Below, in pieces: positions 15,964-25,784 of a DNA stretch of 64,000 nt. A program made the translations under genes and the position numbers. The stretch lies in assembly GCA_045863235.1 (NCBI GenBank), contig BTUM01000012.1, positions 60,594 through 124,593 on the forward strand, given 5' to 3'. Within the stretch, counting starts at the first letter, position 1. Every line of letters begins with the position of its first letter. The stretch is from Candidatus Xenobia bacterium (GTDB lineage: Bacteria > Vulcanimicrobiota > Xenobia > Xenobiales > QWHO01). A model generated the notes under the pieces. The model searched no databases. It had not been told where the DNA came from and was given only the letters and a program-made list of their open reading frames with translations.

Positions 15964-17475
15964 ATGCGCACAGACGTCGTCATCGTAGGCTCGGGTCTGG
16001 CCGGTCTGACGGCCGCCCTGCACGCAGCCACCAACGGGCTGCACGTCACCGTCGTCACCAAGAGCATGCTGGGGGGCAGCTCGCCCATGGCCCAGGGAGG
16101 AGTGGCCGTGGCCCTGGCCAGCGAGGACGATCCGGCCCTGCACGCCCGCGACACTCTGGTGGCCGGGGCCGGGCTGAGCCGTGAGGAGGTGGTCGGCGTG
16201 CTGACCCGCGAGGGTCCGAGCCGCATCCTCGAGCTGATCGGGCGGGGCGCCCACTTTGACCTGGACGAGCAGGGCAACCTTGCCCTGGGCCAGGAAGCGG
16301 CCCACTCGCGCCGGCGCATCCTGCACGCCTCGGGCGACGCCACCGGGGCCGAGCTGATGCGGGCCAGCCTCGAGGCGGTGCGCCGCCACCCCCGCATCCA
16401 TCTGCGCGAGGGCGTGTTCGTCTGTGAATTGCTGGTCAGCGAGGGCCAGGTGATGGGAGTGGCAGCTCCTGGCGAGGCGCTGGTAGCGCCCGCCACCGTG
16501 CTGGCCACCGGTGGGGTGGGGCGGCTCTACCGCTACACCACGAACGCCCGCGAGTCGACCGGGGACGGGATCGCTATGGCCGCCCGAGCCGGTGCCCGCC
16601 TGCAAGACATGGAGTTCGTGCAGTTCCATCCCACGGCTCTGGACGCCGGAGGCGACCCGCTCAGCCTCATCACCGAGGCGGTTCGCGGCGAGGGAGCCTG
16701 GCTGGTGAACGGCGCCGGCCAGCGCTTCATGCTCGAGCTCCACCCCGATGCCGAGCTGGCGCCCCGCGACGTGGTGGCCCGGGGCATCTGGGCCGAGCTG
16801 AGCCGGGGGGAGCGGGTCTACCTGGACGCTCGCAAGCTGGGCGACCGCTTCGCCGGCCGCTTCCCCACCGTGGCGCGCCTCTGCGCCGAGCACGGGCTGG
16901 CGCCGGAAAGAGATCTTCTGCCGGTGGTGCCGGCGGCCCACTACTTCATGGGCGGCATCGCCGTCGATGCCCGGGGTCGCTCCAGCCTGCCGGGCCTGTG
17001 GGCGTGCGGCGAGGCCTGCTCAAGCGGCCTGCACGGAGCCAACCGCCTGGCCAGCAACTCGCTGCTGGAGGCGCTGGTGTTCGGCGCCCGGGTGGGCGAG
17101 GACGTCGCCCAGGCTCCTCCCGTGCGCCCACTGGCGGTGCCCGCCCTGCGCCGGGCCGAGGTGGACCCGGCCCTGGAAGCTCGTCTGCGCGAGCTGATGT
17201 GGTGTCACGTGGGCCTGGTGCGCGAGGAGGCCGGCCTGGCCCTGGCCCAGCGAGAACTGGAGGAGCTGGCGCTGCCGGCTGGCTCCTCGGAGGTGTCCAA
17301 TATGCGCGAGGTGGCCTGCTTGATCGCGGCCTCGGCCCGGGCCCGTCGCGAGAGCCGGGGAGCCCACTACCGCACCGATCTGCCCGACAGCGAGGAAGCC
17401 TGGAGTCATCGCCGCGTGGTGGTGGAGCACGGCCGTGTCGAGGTGCGCGAGGAGGCCGCCCGATGCGCCTCCTGA
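15964..17475 (+). CDS. nadB: L-aspartate oxidase
   Basis: GSGLAGL, S..AQGGVA, EAAHS..RILH, MEFVQFHPT, ITEAVRGEG, ELAPRDVVAR, PAAHY.MGG, GLHGANRLASNSLLE, ESRGAHYR. Confidence 0.97.
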   Translation: MRTDVVIVGSGLAGLTAALHAATNGLHVTVVTKSMLGGSSPMAQGGVAVALASEDDPALHARDTLVAGAGLSREEVVGVLTREGPSRILELIGRGAHFDLDEQGNLALGQEAAHSRRRILHASGDATGAELMRASLEAVRRHPRIHLREGVFVCELLVSEGQVMGVAAPGEALVAPATVLATGGVGRLYRYTTNARESTGDGIAMAARAGARLQDMEFVQFHPTALDAGGDPLSLITEAVRGEGAWLVNGAGQRFMLELHPDAELAPRDVVARGIWAELSRGERVYLDARKLGDRFAGRFPTVARLCAEHGLAPERDLLPVVPAAHYFMGGIAVDARGRSSLPGLWACGEACSSGLHGANRLASNSLLEALVFGARVGEDVAQAPPVRPLAVPALRRAEVDPALEARLRELMWCHVGLVREEAGLALAQRELEELALPAGSSEVSNMREVACLIAASARARRESRGAHYRTDLPDSEEAWSHRRVVVEHGRVEVREEAARCAS

Positions 17476-18317
17476 AGCAGCACTATGCAGAGCTGGTCGC
17501 CCGGGCTCTGGCCGAGGACCTGGGCCGCGGCCCCGACTGGACCACCGACTGCATCCTGGAAGAAGCTCACAGCGCCCGGGCCCAACTGATCGCCCGCGAG
17601 GAGGGCCGGATCGCCGGGGTGGACGTGGCCCTGGAAGCCTTTCGGCAGCTCGATCCCGCCTGTGTGGTACGCGTGGGGGTGGAGGATGGCCGCGATGCCC
17701 CGGCTGGCGCCGTGGTGCTGGAGGTGGAGGGGAAAGCCCGCGCCCTGCTGACCGCCGAGCGCACCGCGCTCAACTTCCTGGGCCGCCTGAGCGGGGTGGC
17801 CACGGCCACCCGGGCCATGGTGCGCGCGGTCGAAGGCACCCGGACCCGCATCGTGGACACGCGCAAGACCACTCCCGGCCTGCGGGTGCTGGAAAAATAT
17901 GCCGTGCGCTGCGGGGGCGGCTTCAACCACCGCTTCGGGCTGGATGACGCCGTGCTGATCAAGGACAACCACCGGGCCCTGGCTGGCGGCGTGCGTCCCG
18001 CCGTGGAGCGGGTGCGAGAGCGGGTGGGTCACACCATCAAGGTCGAGGTGGAGGTGGACACGCTGGAGGAGCTGGCCGTGGCCCTGGACCTGGGCGTGGA
18101 CGCTGTGCTGCTGGACAACATGGCCCCCGCGGTGCTGCGCCAGGCGGTAAACATGGTAGGTGGAAGAGCCCTCACCGAGGCCTCGGGAGGGATTCGCCTC
18201 GAGACGGTGCGGGCCGTGGCCGAGTGCGGGGTGGACCTGATCTCGGCCGGCGCGCTGACGCACAGCGCCCGCTGTCTGGACGTCTCGCTGGACGTGGTGG
18301 TGGCCACCCGGGTCTGA
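17463..18317 (+). CDS. nadC: Quinolinate phosphoribosyltransferase
   Basis: AL.EDLG, ERTALNFL, DTRKTTPG.R..EKYAV..GGG.NHR.GL.D.VLIKDNH, EVEV, LLDNM, EASGGI. Confidence 0.97.
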   Translation: MRLLKQHYAELVARALAEDLGRGPDWTTDCILEEAHSARAQLIAREEGRIAGVDVALEAFRQLDPACVVRVGVEDGRDAPAGAVVLEVEGKARALLTAERTALNFLGRLSGVATATRAMVRAVEGTRTRIVDTRKTTPGLRVLEKYAVRCGGGFNHRFGLDDAVLIKDNHRALAGGVRPAVERVRERVGHTIKVEVEVDTLEELAVALDLGVDAVLLDNMAPAVLRQAVNMVGGRALTEASGGIRLETVRAVAECGVDLISAGALTHSARCLDVSLDVVVATRV

Positions 18318-18409
18318 GGAGGCATCTCTGCCGCTCCGATGGTCAAGCAGAGTCCATCCTGTCTGCTCCTGAAAAGGGAGCCCTCCACACATCGCCGAAC
18401 CGCAGGCAC

Positions 18410-19549
18410 TTGAGCACGCAGGCAGAGACCGGGGCTCCCGCCTTCCGGCTCGGGTATCGCCCCGAGCTTGACGGCGTCCGTGGTATCGCCATCCTCCTGG
18501 TCCTGCTCCACCACGCCGGCACCGCTCCCGTCGGGGGCTTCCTGGGGGTGGACCTCTTCTTCGTGCTGAGCGGATTCCTCATCACCTTGCTGCTGGCCCA
18601 GGAGTGGGAGGAGACGGGCACGATCAGCCTCAAGGCCTTCTACATGCGCCGCGTGCTGCGGCTGGTGCCGGCGCTGCTGGCCTTCATCCTGGTGCTGCTG
18701 GTGCTGGGTTGGTGCGGAGGGCCGGCTTGCCTGAGGCTGGGCAACGAGCTCTGGTTCACGCTGGGCTACTGCCTGAACTGGGCCATCGCCTACGGGTGGA
18801 CGAGCTACCGCTCCCCCCTGGTCATCGCCTGGTCGCTCTCCATCGAGGAGCAGTTCTACATCCTCTGGCCACCGCTCTTTCGCAGCGCCCTGCGAAGCGC
18901 CAGGGGCCACAGCTCGATCGTGGCGGTACTCGTCTTGCTGGTCCTGGGGGTGGCTTGCTGGCGGGAGTGGACGCTGGTCGACTGGCTGAGGGGCTTCCCG
19001 GCCAACCTGTATATGCAGGGAGTGACGCCTCAGGATGTCTTTCCCCGCTCGCTGTTCTTCAAGCTTTACTACTCCAGCCACACCCGGGCCGACGGGCTGT
19101 TGTTGGGATGCATTTTCGGGCTGCTGGTGGCCTGGAGGCTGGTGGATGACCGCTTGCGCTGGCTTCTCCGGGCGGTGGGTTTCGCGGCCCTGCTGGGCCT
19201 GGTGGCCTGCTTGCTGCAGGTGAACGCGCGCGACGTGCGGCTGTTCACGGTCAATCTGACCCTGATCAATCTGGGCTTTGCCCTGTGCGTGTTCAACCTG
19301 GTCCGCTGGCCGGGCGCCTGGTCGCTGAGCCTGCTGCGGCTGACCCCGCTGGTCTGGCTCGGCAAGATCTCCTACGCGCTCTATCTCTGGCACTACGCCT
19401 TCTACGTCTGGGTGGAAAGCGAGCAGCTCCGGGGCTGGACTGGCCCGGCTGTCATCGTGGTCGGCAGCATCCTGACGGCAACCGGGTCCTACTTCATCGT
19501 GGAGCGGCCCGCCCTGAAGCTCAAGAAGCGCTGGAAAACCTTCGCCTGA
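18410..19549 (+). CDS. Acyltransferase-3 (OafA-like O-acyltransferase), membrane protein
   Basis: YRPELDGVRGIAI, GGFLGVDLFFVLSGFLIT, FY.RR..RL.P, WSLSIEEQFY, LGKISY.LYLWH; start codon uncertain. Confidence 0.92.
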   Translation: MSTQAETGAPAFRLGYRPELDGVRGIAILLVLLHHAGTAPVGGFLGVDLFFVLSGFLITLLLAQEWEETGTISLKAFYMRRVLRLVPALLAFILVLLVLGWCGGPACLRLGNELWFTLGYCLNWAIAYGWTSYRSPLVIAWSLSIEEQFYILWPPLFRSALRSARGHSSIVAVLVLLVLGVACWREWTLVDWLRGFPANLYMQGVTPQDVFPRSLFFKLYYSSHTRADGLLLGCIFGLLVAWRLVDDRLRWLLRAVGFAALLGLVACLLQVNARDVRLFTVNLTLINLGFALCVFNLVRWPGAWSLSLLRLTPLVWLGKISYALYLWHYAFYVWVESEQLRGWTGPAVIVVGSILTATGSYFIVERPALKLKKRWKTFA

Positions 19550-19605
19550 GCCAGCACGCGGCCACCTGGCCAGGGTCATGCCCGTCCTCTGGCGAATAGC
19601 ACCTC

Positions 19606-22600
19606 GTGAACGTGCAGGGGATCGCCTGGTCACTCCCGCCAGCTCAGCCCATCCTTCCCCAGGCCAGCGGCCTGCCGGGGACTGGCCCGACCGACCTGGT
19701 CGAGCTGGCCCGCCTGCCCGTCGCCTCGGCCGGGCCCGAAACCAGGAGCGAGAAGCCGGAGAAGCCGGCCGGTCCGGTCAAGCAGGCCGAGTCGAGCGAG
19801 CCAGCGGAAAGCAAGTCTTCGGTCCCGATCCGGCTGACGCAAGTTGACGAAACCAGCCAGGTCCCCCGCACCGACCCGCTAGAAGCCTGGACATTGCAGC
19901 TTCGAAGGTCGTACCGACGCGAGGAGATCCCGGCCCTCGTCCAGCTGCGCTCGCAGTTGCTCGACGGCAAGCTCGAGGGCAAGGAGTTCCAGCAAGCCGC
20001 CGGGCTGCTGGTCGACCTGACCCACCACTCGGAGGACCAGCTCACATCCCGCATCGCCCGGCGCATTCTCTTTGACCGCTTCCGCTGGCCCGACACGCTC
20101 GATGACCTGAAGGCCAAGGTCGGCCATCCGCAGGGCTGCACCCAGCAACTGCGGGACATGCTCCACGGCATCGACGGGCACAGCGCCGACCGAACCTACC
20201 ACACGGAGGAAAGTGTGGGGCTGCTGCTCAGCGGCTTGGAGGACGCTGTTCCCGACCAGGAGACCATCCGGGTGGTGGCTCGCGTGGGGCGAGGCTTCTA
20301 CCAGCGGAGCAAGGCCGAGCTCACGCCCGAGATCCGCGAGCACGAAAGCCATGAGCTCGACCGGACCTTCGCTCAGCGAGCCGACCGCCTCTTGCAGAAG
20401 TGGCACAAGGAAGGCCACTTCACCTGGGAGGGGGAGACCAGCCTGGAGCTCGGGCGCGTCGAGGTCTGGCCCGGGCCGATGCTGAAGATCCTGCCCGAGG
20501 AGAAGGAGACCCGGCCCGAGAGCACCGGGCTGCACAAGCAGCTCGACCGGTGGAAGGAAGAAGAGCGGCATGTCGCTCAAGACAAGCTCGCTGAGCTGTG
20601 GCGCAAGGACCGCCCCGAGGCCGAGAGACTCATCGAGCGGCTTCTCATCGATCTCGACCAGCCGGGCCGGGAAGGCTCGCGGCGGATGACCGTCGCCCTG
20701 GGCGGAGCGGCTCGCCATCCCGAGCTGAAGGCCGCCTTCGCTCCCCACCTGGGCACCTTGACCGGCCACGTGGGCCGGGCCCAGGCCCGCGACGAGCTGG
20801 CCAGCAACAACCTGGTGGGCGCCGCCCGGGTCGACTTTGTGCGCAACCTGGCCGCCGCTTTCCCTCAGGCGGTGACCGAGGAGTGGTACCGCGGCGAAGT
20901 CCTGCCCCTGGTCCTGGCCGAGGAGATCAACACCAGGAACGGCGCTGCCGTCTTTGTGGAGGGGCTGTTCAAGGAGCATCCTGATCTGCGTGACCTGACC
21001 ATGCAGGCGGTCACCGCGTATCCCAACGACTTCTATCTCGAGCACTGCTGTCGAAGCGCCCTGGGGGCGGCAGTGAAGACCGGCTGGCAACCCACCGCCG
21101 TGCAGAAGGACTGGCTGGTGAGCTGGCTGCACGTGCCCTACGAGCCCGAAAAGAAAGACGGGCCCTCTCCGCACTCGAGCAACGACGGCTTCCGAGCCGC
21201 CGTGAATGCCACCTCGGCTTTGCTGGAAAAGGACTCGGGCGCGTTGGAGGGGTGCGAGCTTCCGAACACCAGGGGCCAGATGGTCTCGGTGGCAGAAGCC
21301 CTGTTTGACCGGCTGGCTCAGCAGGATTTTCCCAGCACCGACTCCTACCGTCGTCAACGCAACAGCGAGCTCTACCGGATTCTGGAGAGCGACCCCGGGC
21401 TCAAGGAGCGGGTCTTTCAGAAGGCGGAGGAGGATTACCGGGCGGCCGGGTCGCTGGTCCGGCTCGACGGCACCGCGACCCGCAGTCTGCAGCTTTTGGG
21501 CGAGCTGGCCCAGCAGCCCTCCGACCAGGAGCGCCTGGCGACCCTGCTGAGCCAGGAAGACACCCGCTCGAACGGGGTGTTCCACGAGCTGGTCAATCGG
21601 GTGGTGCGGATTCCAGAGCGCGCCCGTCTGGCGGAGTCTCTGGGCGAGGAAGGCGTGACGGCCGCCCAGGTCGTCGCCCAGGGCACCCGGAGCGTGCTCC
21701 TGGCTCTGAGACAGGACCCCCATGCTTCCTGGAGCAAGGTGACGGAGGCTCTCAGTCCGGTTCAGCAAGCCGCCTCGGGTTGCTCCCCGGTCGCCCTGCA
21801 AGAGCAGGGCCGCAACCTGGCGGAGCGACTTCTGCCCCGGCTGAGCGCGTGCCAGAACGCGGATGAGCTCAGCCTGCAGCTGTTCAGCGAGGTAGCTGTG
21901 CTGGGGGCTCTGGCGGCAAAGGATGCGGGCGTGCGCAAGATGCTGGAGCCTCTGTCGCCCGAGCTGGATCGACTGGCCGACGGGGGCTGGAACTCGAGCC
22001 TGCGAGCCGTGCATGAGGCGATCCCGCAAATGATTTGCAGCGCTCTGGCCGAGCAGATCGAAGAGACCGCTTCGCCCGACGAGCAGCGTGGGCTGGTGCA
22101 GGAGGCCCTCCCCTGGCCCAAGGCTCTGCACACGGTTCTGGAGTCCTGGAGCGCGGTGTGGAAGCCGCCGGCCGAGGGTCAGGGGAATCTGGGCTGGCTG
22201 GAGCGAGGCTTTGCCTGCCGGACCCAACCCGAGCTGCGGGCCGAGTGGGTCAAAGAGAGCCTGCAGCTCTCCGAGAGCCAGGCCTGGCCGGAAGGCACGA
22301 GCTACGCCTCCTGGTACCTCTGCCCCAAGCTCCAGAAAGACGCGCTGAAGATCCTTCAGCAACCCGGCCCGAGCCTGGAGGAGCGCTCTGCCGCCCTGAG
22401 CCTGGCTCACGACCTCGGCAAACTGACCGGTGAAGGGCCGGAGAAGCTGAAGAGCGCCTTCGAGGCCCACGCCACCGAGTGGGAGAAGGACTTGCTCGCG
22501 GCCCATGGCGAGCACTTCTCCGAAGCCGTGTCCACCTGCGCCGCCGTGGCGAGCACGCGGGGCGACCGGGAGCAGAACTGGAAGCAGGTGGTCGCGCCCA

Positions 22601-22932
22601 TTCTGGCCCGCCTGCCTTCCGGGGGCTATCCCCACCTGGCCGAAGCCGTGCGCCTCTCGGGCGACCTGCCCGGCGAGCTGAAGGCCCACCTTGACGACTT
22701 CAGCTACCTCCTGGGCCGGCTCGGGCCCGAGAGCTCGGGGGAAGCCCTGTCGGTGTTCATCCAGCTCAAGCAGCTCGAAGGCGAGGGAGTGGCTCGTGAA
22801 GACGCCCTGCGGATGGCGCTGGCGGCCTACCTCAACCCCGGCGGGGAGGTGGAAGTCGCTTCGGGAGTGCGCGAAACCCAGAGCTCGGTCCTGATGGGGG
22901 GCATCAACCTGCGCAAGAAGGCCCGCAGCTAG
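19606..22932 (+). CDS. Large (1108 aa) mostly helical hypothetical protein with low-complexity N-terminus and shared C-terminal motif
   Basis: Long ORF with host-like codon usage; no recognisable catalytic motif. Confidence 0.8.
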   Translation: MNVQGIAWSLPPAQPILPQASGLPGTGPTDLVELARLPVASAGPETRSEKPEKPAGPVKQAESSEPAESKSSVPIRLTQVDETSQVPRTDPLEAWTLQLRRSYRREEIPALVQLRSQLLDGKLEGKEFQQAAGLLVDLTHHSEDQLTSRIARRILFDRFRWPDTLDDLKAKVGHPQGCTQQLRDMLHGIDGHSADRTYHTEESVGLLLSGLEDAVPDQETIRVVARVGRGFYQRSKAELTPEIREHESHELDRTFAQRADRLLQKWHKEGHFTWEGETSLELGRVEVWPGPMLKILPEEKETRPESTGLHKQLDRWKEEERHVAQDKLAELWRKDRPEAERLIERLLIDLDQPGREGSRRMTVALGGAARHPELKAAFAPHLGTLTGHVGRAQARDELASNNLVGAARVDFVRNLAAAFPQAVTEEWYRGEVLPLVLAEEINTRNGAAVFVEGLFKEHPDLRDLTMQAVTAYPNDFYLEHCCRSALGAAVKTGWQPTAVQKDWLVSWLHVPYEPEKKDGPSPHSSNDGFRAAVNATSALLEKDSGALEGCELPNTRGQMVSVAEALFDRLAQQDFPSTDSYRRQRNSELYRILESDPGLKERVFQKAEEDYRAAGSLVRLDGTATRSLQLLGELAQQPSDQERLATLLSQEDTRSNGVFHELVNRVVRIPERARLAESLGEEGVTAAQVVAQGTRSVLLALRQDPHASWSKVTEALSPVQQAASGCSPVALQEQGRNLAERLLPRLSACQNADELSLQLFSEVAVLGALAAKDAGVRKMLEPLSPELDRLADGGWNSSLRAVHEAIPQMICSALAEQIEETASPDEQRGLVQEALPWPKALHTVLESWSAVWKPPAEGQGNLGWLERGFACRTQPELRAEWVKESLQLSESQAWPEGTSYASWYLCPKLQKDALKILQQPGPSLEERSAALSLAHDLGKLTGEGPEKLKSAFEAHATEWEKDLLAAHGEHFSEAVSTCAAVASTRGDREQNWKQVVAPILARLPSGGYPHLAEAVRLSGDLPGELKAHLDDFSYLLGRLGPESSGEALSVFIQLKQLEGEGVAREDALRMALAAYLNPGGEVEVASGVRETQSSVLMGGINLRKKARS

Positions 22933-22982
22933 ACCAGAGAGAATCCCCGGCCCGGCGAACAATCGGAAGGGGGATCCAGAGC

Positions 22983-23435
22983 ATGGGTCTTTTTGACAAG
23001 GTATTCGGAGTCAATCGCGCCGGAGCGGCCACCGCGGCCCTCGACGGCAAGGAGTCGGTGGCCGCGCTGATGCTGGCCACGGTGGCAGCCGACGGGGTGA
23101 TCACCGAGGACGAGTTGACCGGCTTTACCAACGCGGTGAACCGCATGAGCATGTTCCGGGCCATGGGCCAGGCTGGTTTCAGCAAGATGCTGCAGAAGCT
23201 GCTGGGCATGTTGAAGAAGGACGGGCCGGACGGTCTGGTGGGAGCGGCCGTGAACTCGGTTCCCCCCGACTATCGCGAGACCGCCTTTGCGCTCTGCGCC
23301 GACCTGGTGATGGGCGACGGCGAGGTGGACCCGGCCGAGGAGAAGCTGCTCGACCAGATGTACAAGGCGCTGGGCGTGAGCGAGGAGCTGGCCCACAAGG
23401 TCATCCAGGTGATGGCCATCAAGAACAAGGTCTGA
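22983..23435 (+). CDS. TerB-family tellurite-resistance-like protein
   Basis: VAADG.I..DE and DLV..DGEV...E..LL motifs. Confidence 0.85.
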   Translation: MGLFDKVFGVNRAGAATAALDGKESVAALMLATVAADGVITEDELTGFTNAVNRMSMFRAMGQAGFSKMLQKLLGMLKKDGPDGLVGAAVNSVPPDYRETAFALCADLVMGDGEVDPAEEKLLDQMYKALGVSEELAHKVIQVMAIKNKV

Positions 23436-23447
23436 GCCAACCTCTGC

Positions 23448-23476
23448 AAAGGCCCCGCCTCGAGCGGGGCTTTTTT
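23448..23476. terminator. Intrinsic terminator, probably bidirectional
   Basis: AAAGGCCCCGC..GCGGGGCTTTTTT between convergent genes. Confidence 0.75.
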
Positions 23477-25710
23477 CATTTGCCCTGCAGCCTCTTGAAC
23501 TCGCGCTCCAGGGCTCCGAGCCAGCCATCCAGGCGGTCCTCGGGGGGGGCCCAGCCCCACTGGATCTCGCCCAGGCTGTTGAGAAAGCCGACCGCCTCGA
23601 CGTGGGCCCCGCCGGGGTCGGGGCCGAGGTCGGGCCGCATGCGAGGGAAGCGCTCCTGCACCACGTTGAGCTGCAGCTTGAGCCCTTCGCGGATCAGCAC
23701 CAGCTGGTAGGGAGGCACTGAGCGCAGGGGAGCGATCAGCACCTCGTCCTCCAGCTTGCCGGCCAGCAGATCGCGACCCTGGCTCTCGGGCACGCTGACG
23801 TTCTGGCCGGTGACCAGGTGGAGCGCGGTGGGCAAGAGATCCATATGGCAGGTGGCCGTGCGGATCCGGCCGGGCTGCACGCCCCGGCCGAGGATGAAGC
23901 AGGGCACCCGGCACTGGATATCGGAAGCCCGCGTGCCGTGAGCCAGGGTGGTGTCCTCCCAGAAGCTCTCGCCGTGATCGCCGGTCACGATGATGACCGT
24001 GTTCTCCAGGTCGAGCTCGGACAGCATGGAGTCGATCTCGGCCTCGAGGTAGGCCACGCTGTTGGCGTAGCGATTCTTGATCAGCACCGGGTCGGCCAGG
24101 GTGAAGTCCTGCAGCCCGACGGTGGTGAGGCTGGGCTCGCGCAGCGCAAAGTCAGGCGGATAGGCGTACGGAAAGTGAGTGGACTGCGGGAAGCAGAAGA
24201 TGAACTGGGGCCGGCTGGCGGTGCGCAGGCGCTCAGGCAGCGAGCTGACCATCTCGTGGTCGGACTGGATCCAGTATTCCCAGCCCGTCTTGTCGGGCGG
24301 GTTGACCCACATCTCGTCGAAGGTGGGCTGGCTCAGGAAGCGCTCGAGCCACTTCCAGCCCCGGAAGGCCGAGCCGGCCATCAGCCGGCAGTCGTAGCCG
24401 GCGTTGCGCAGGATCTGGTTGAAGAGCGGGGGGGCGTGGTGGGCCAGATCGCGCTTGTAGAAGATGGGGTTTCGGGCGTAGAGCAGGGAGTACATGCCCA
24501 GATGGCTGGTGTTGGAGCCGGAGTAGTGCTGCTCCAGCACCAGCCCGCGCTGCATCCACTTCCAGAGCCGGGGGGTCTCGGTGGGACCGACCGAGTTGAA
24601 GCGCCAGCTCTCGAGCAAGAGCAACACCACGTGCACCGGCTTGCCTTCAGGAGTGATCGTGGTGCGCAGCTCGGGGGGGCGCTGCAGGGCCGGGCCCAGC
24701 CGCTCGAGCTCGGGCTTGGCCCGATCTTGCAGCTGGCGCAGGAAGGGCGTTCCCAGGCGAGGGTCGAGGAAGGCGATGGGGACGCCCGTCTCGACCTGCT
24801 CGGGGCGGTACTGCACCTGGTCGATCAAGCGCTGCCCCTGGAGCAAGCTGACCACGTCCTCGGACTCGGCCAGCTTGACCGGCACGCTCAGGGTCTCGCC
24901 GGCCGGAAGGCGGCCCTGGAGGGGCAGCGAGACGCCCGACCGGGTGACCAGCGACCAGCCGGTCAGGTCCAGCTCGCCACCCAGGTTGCGCAGCAGCGCG
25001 TGCGCCTGCTGGCCGGCTCCGGGGCGCGGCAGGACGGAGACCAGGGCCACCGGGCGAGGGTGGACCAGCGACCAGCTCTGCAGGGCCAGCCAGCGAAGCT
25101 CGGGATGGCGGGTAGGCAGGTGCAGGTAGGTCCGGGCGATCAGGTAGGGGTCGCTGAAAAGGAGCGGCAGCAGCGCGGCCAGCACCAGGCTGGCCGGGTA
25201 GAGAGCCACCAGCAACCGATAGCGCAGGCTCTCGGCCAGCCAGCTGCTGACCCGGGCCACCGAGACCACCAGCACCAGAAGGCCCAGCACCGTGAAAATC
25301 ACCGGCAGGGCGATGGCCGCGCCCCCGCCGGCAAACTTCATGCCTTCGCCGGGAGGCGAGTTGAGCACGTCCACGCCGAACCAGAGGAAAGGCATGATGT
25401 GGGTGCCCAGCATTTTCTGGCAGGCCAGGTCGAGCCCCAGGAAGCCGAGCAGGGCCAGCCAGCTCGAGACGGCCACCGCCGCCGCCCAGCGCGGATGGCC
25501 GCGCCGGGCCAGCCAGCACGAGACCAGGGTGGGCAGGGCCAGCAACCAGAGGTTGCGCAGAAAGAGCAGCCCGAACAATCCCAACCGGTCGGCGAGAGGA
25601 TTGGAGAGGCGCTGATCCAGCTGCAGCACCAGCTGGTAGTGCTGCCATTCGGTCAGGCTCCAGAGAAAGGCCGAGAACCAACCGAACATGAGGGCGGTGC
25701 GGGTTTTCAC
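23476..25710 (-). CDS. Membrane-anchored sulfatase/phosphatase-fold protein (YejM/LtaS-like) with an inserted lamin-tail-like domain
   Basis: About five N-terminal TM helices; LLESWR, HYSGSN.S..G.YSLLY, STHFPY, TGDHGE, H.DLLPT; insert LRN...LDLTGWSL...IDQVQY. Confidence 0.8.
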   Translation of the reverse strand: MKTRTALMFGWFSAFLWSLTEWQHYQLVLQLDQRLSNPLADRLGLFGLLFLRNLWLLALPTLVSCWLARRGHPRWAAAVAVSSWLALLGFLGLDLACQKMLGTHIMPFLWFGVDVLNSPPGEGMKFAGGGAAIALPVIFTVLGLLVLVVSVARVSSWLAESLRYRLLVALYPASLVLAALLPLLFSDPYLIARTYLHLPTRHPELRWLALQSWSLVHPRPVALVSVLPRPGAGQQAHALLRNLGGELDLTGWSLVTRSGVSLPLQGRLPAGETLSVPVKLAESEDVVSLLQGQRLIDQVQYRPEQVETGVPIAFLDPRLGTPFLRQLQDRAKPELERLGPALQRPPELRTTITPEGKPVHVVLLLLESWRFNSVGPTETPRLWKWMQRGLVLEQHYSGSNTSHLGMYSLLYARNPIFYKRDLAHHAPPLFNQILRNAGYDCRLMAGSAFRGWKWLERFLSQPTFDEMWVNPPDKTGWEYWIQSDHEMVSSLPERLRTASRPQFIFCFPQSTHFPYAYPPDFALREPSLTTVGLQDFTLADPVLIKNRYANSVAYLEAEIDSMLSELDLENTVIIVTGDHGESFWEDTTLAHGTRASDIQCRVPCFILGRGVQPGRIRTATCHMDLLPTALHLVTGQNVSVPESQGRDLLAGKLEDEVLIAPLRSVPPYQLVLIREGLKLQLNVVQERFPRMRPDLGPDPGGAHVEAVGFLNSLGEIQWGWAPPEDRLDGWLGALEREFKRLQGK

Positions 25711-25784
25711 TCGCCCTGATTAGGCTTCCAGCGGGGCAATCCTCCAGCGAGGCCCGCGGCCCCCGTCTCGCGAAGTTCTCGCTC

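Noticed and set aside
19879..22962. 1027-aa minus-strand ORF, and similar long ORFs at 6625-9417 (+), 55924-59601 (-), 23818-25719 (+) and 45857-48097 (+)
   Set aside because: Antisense shadows of real genes; high GC at third codon positions removes stop codons, and the translations contain no family motifs
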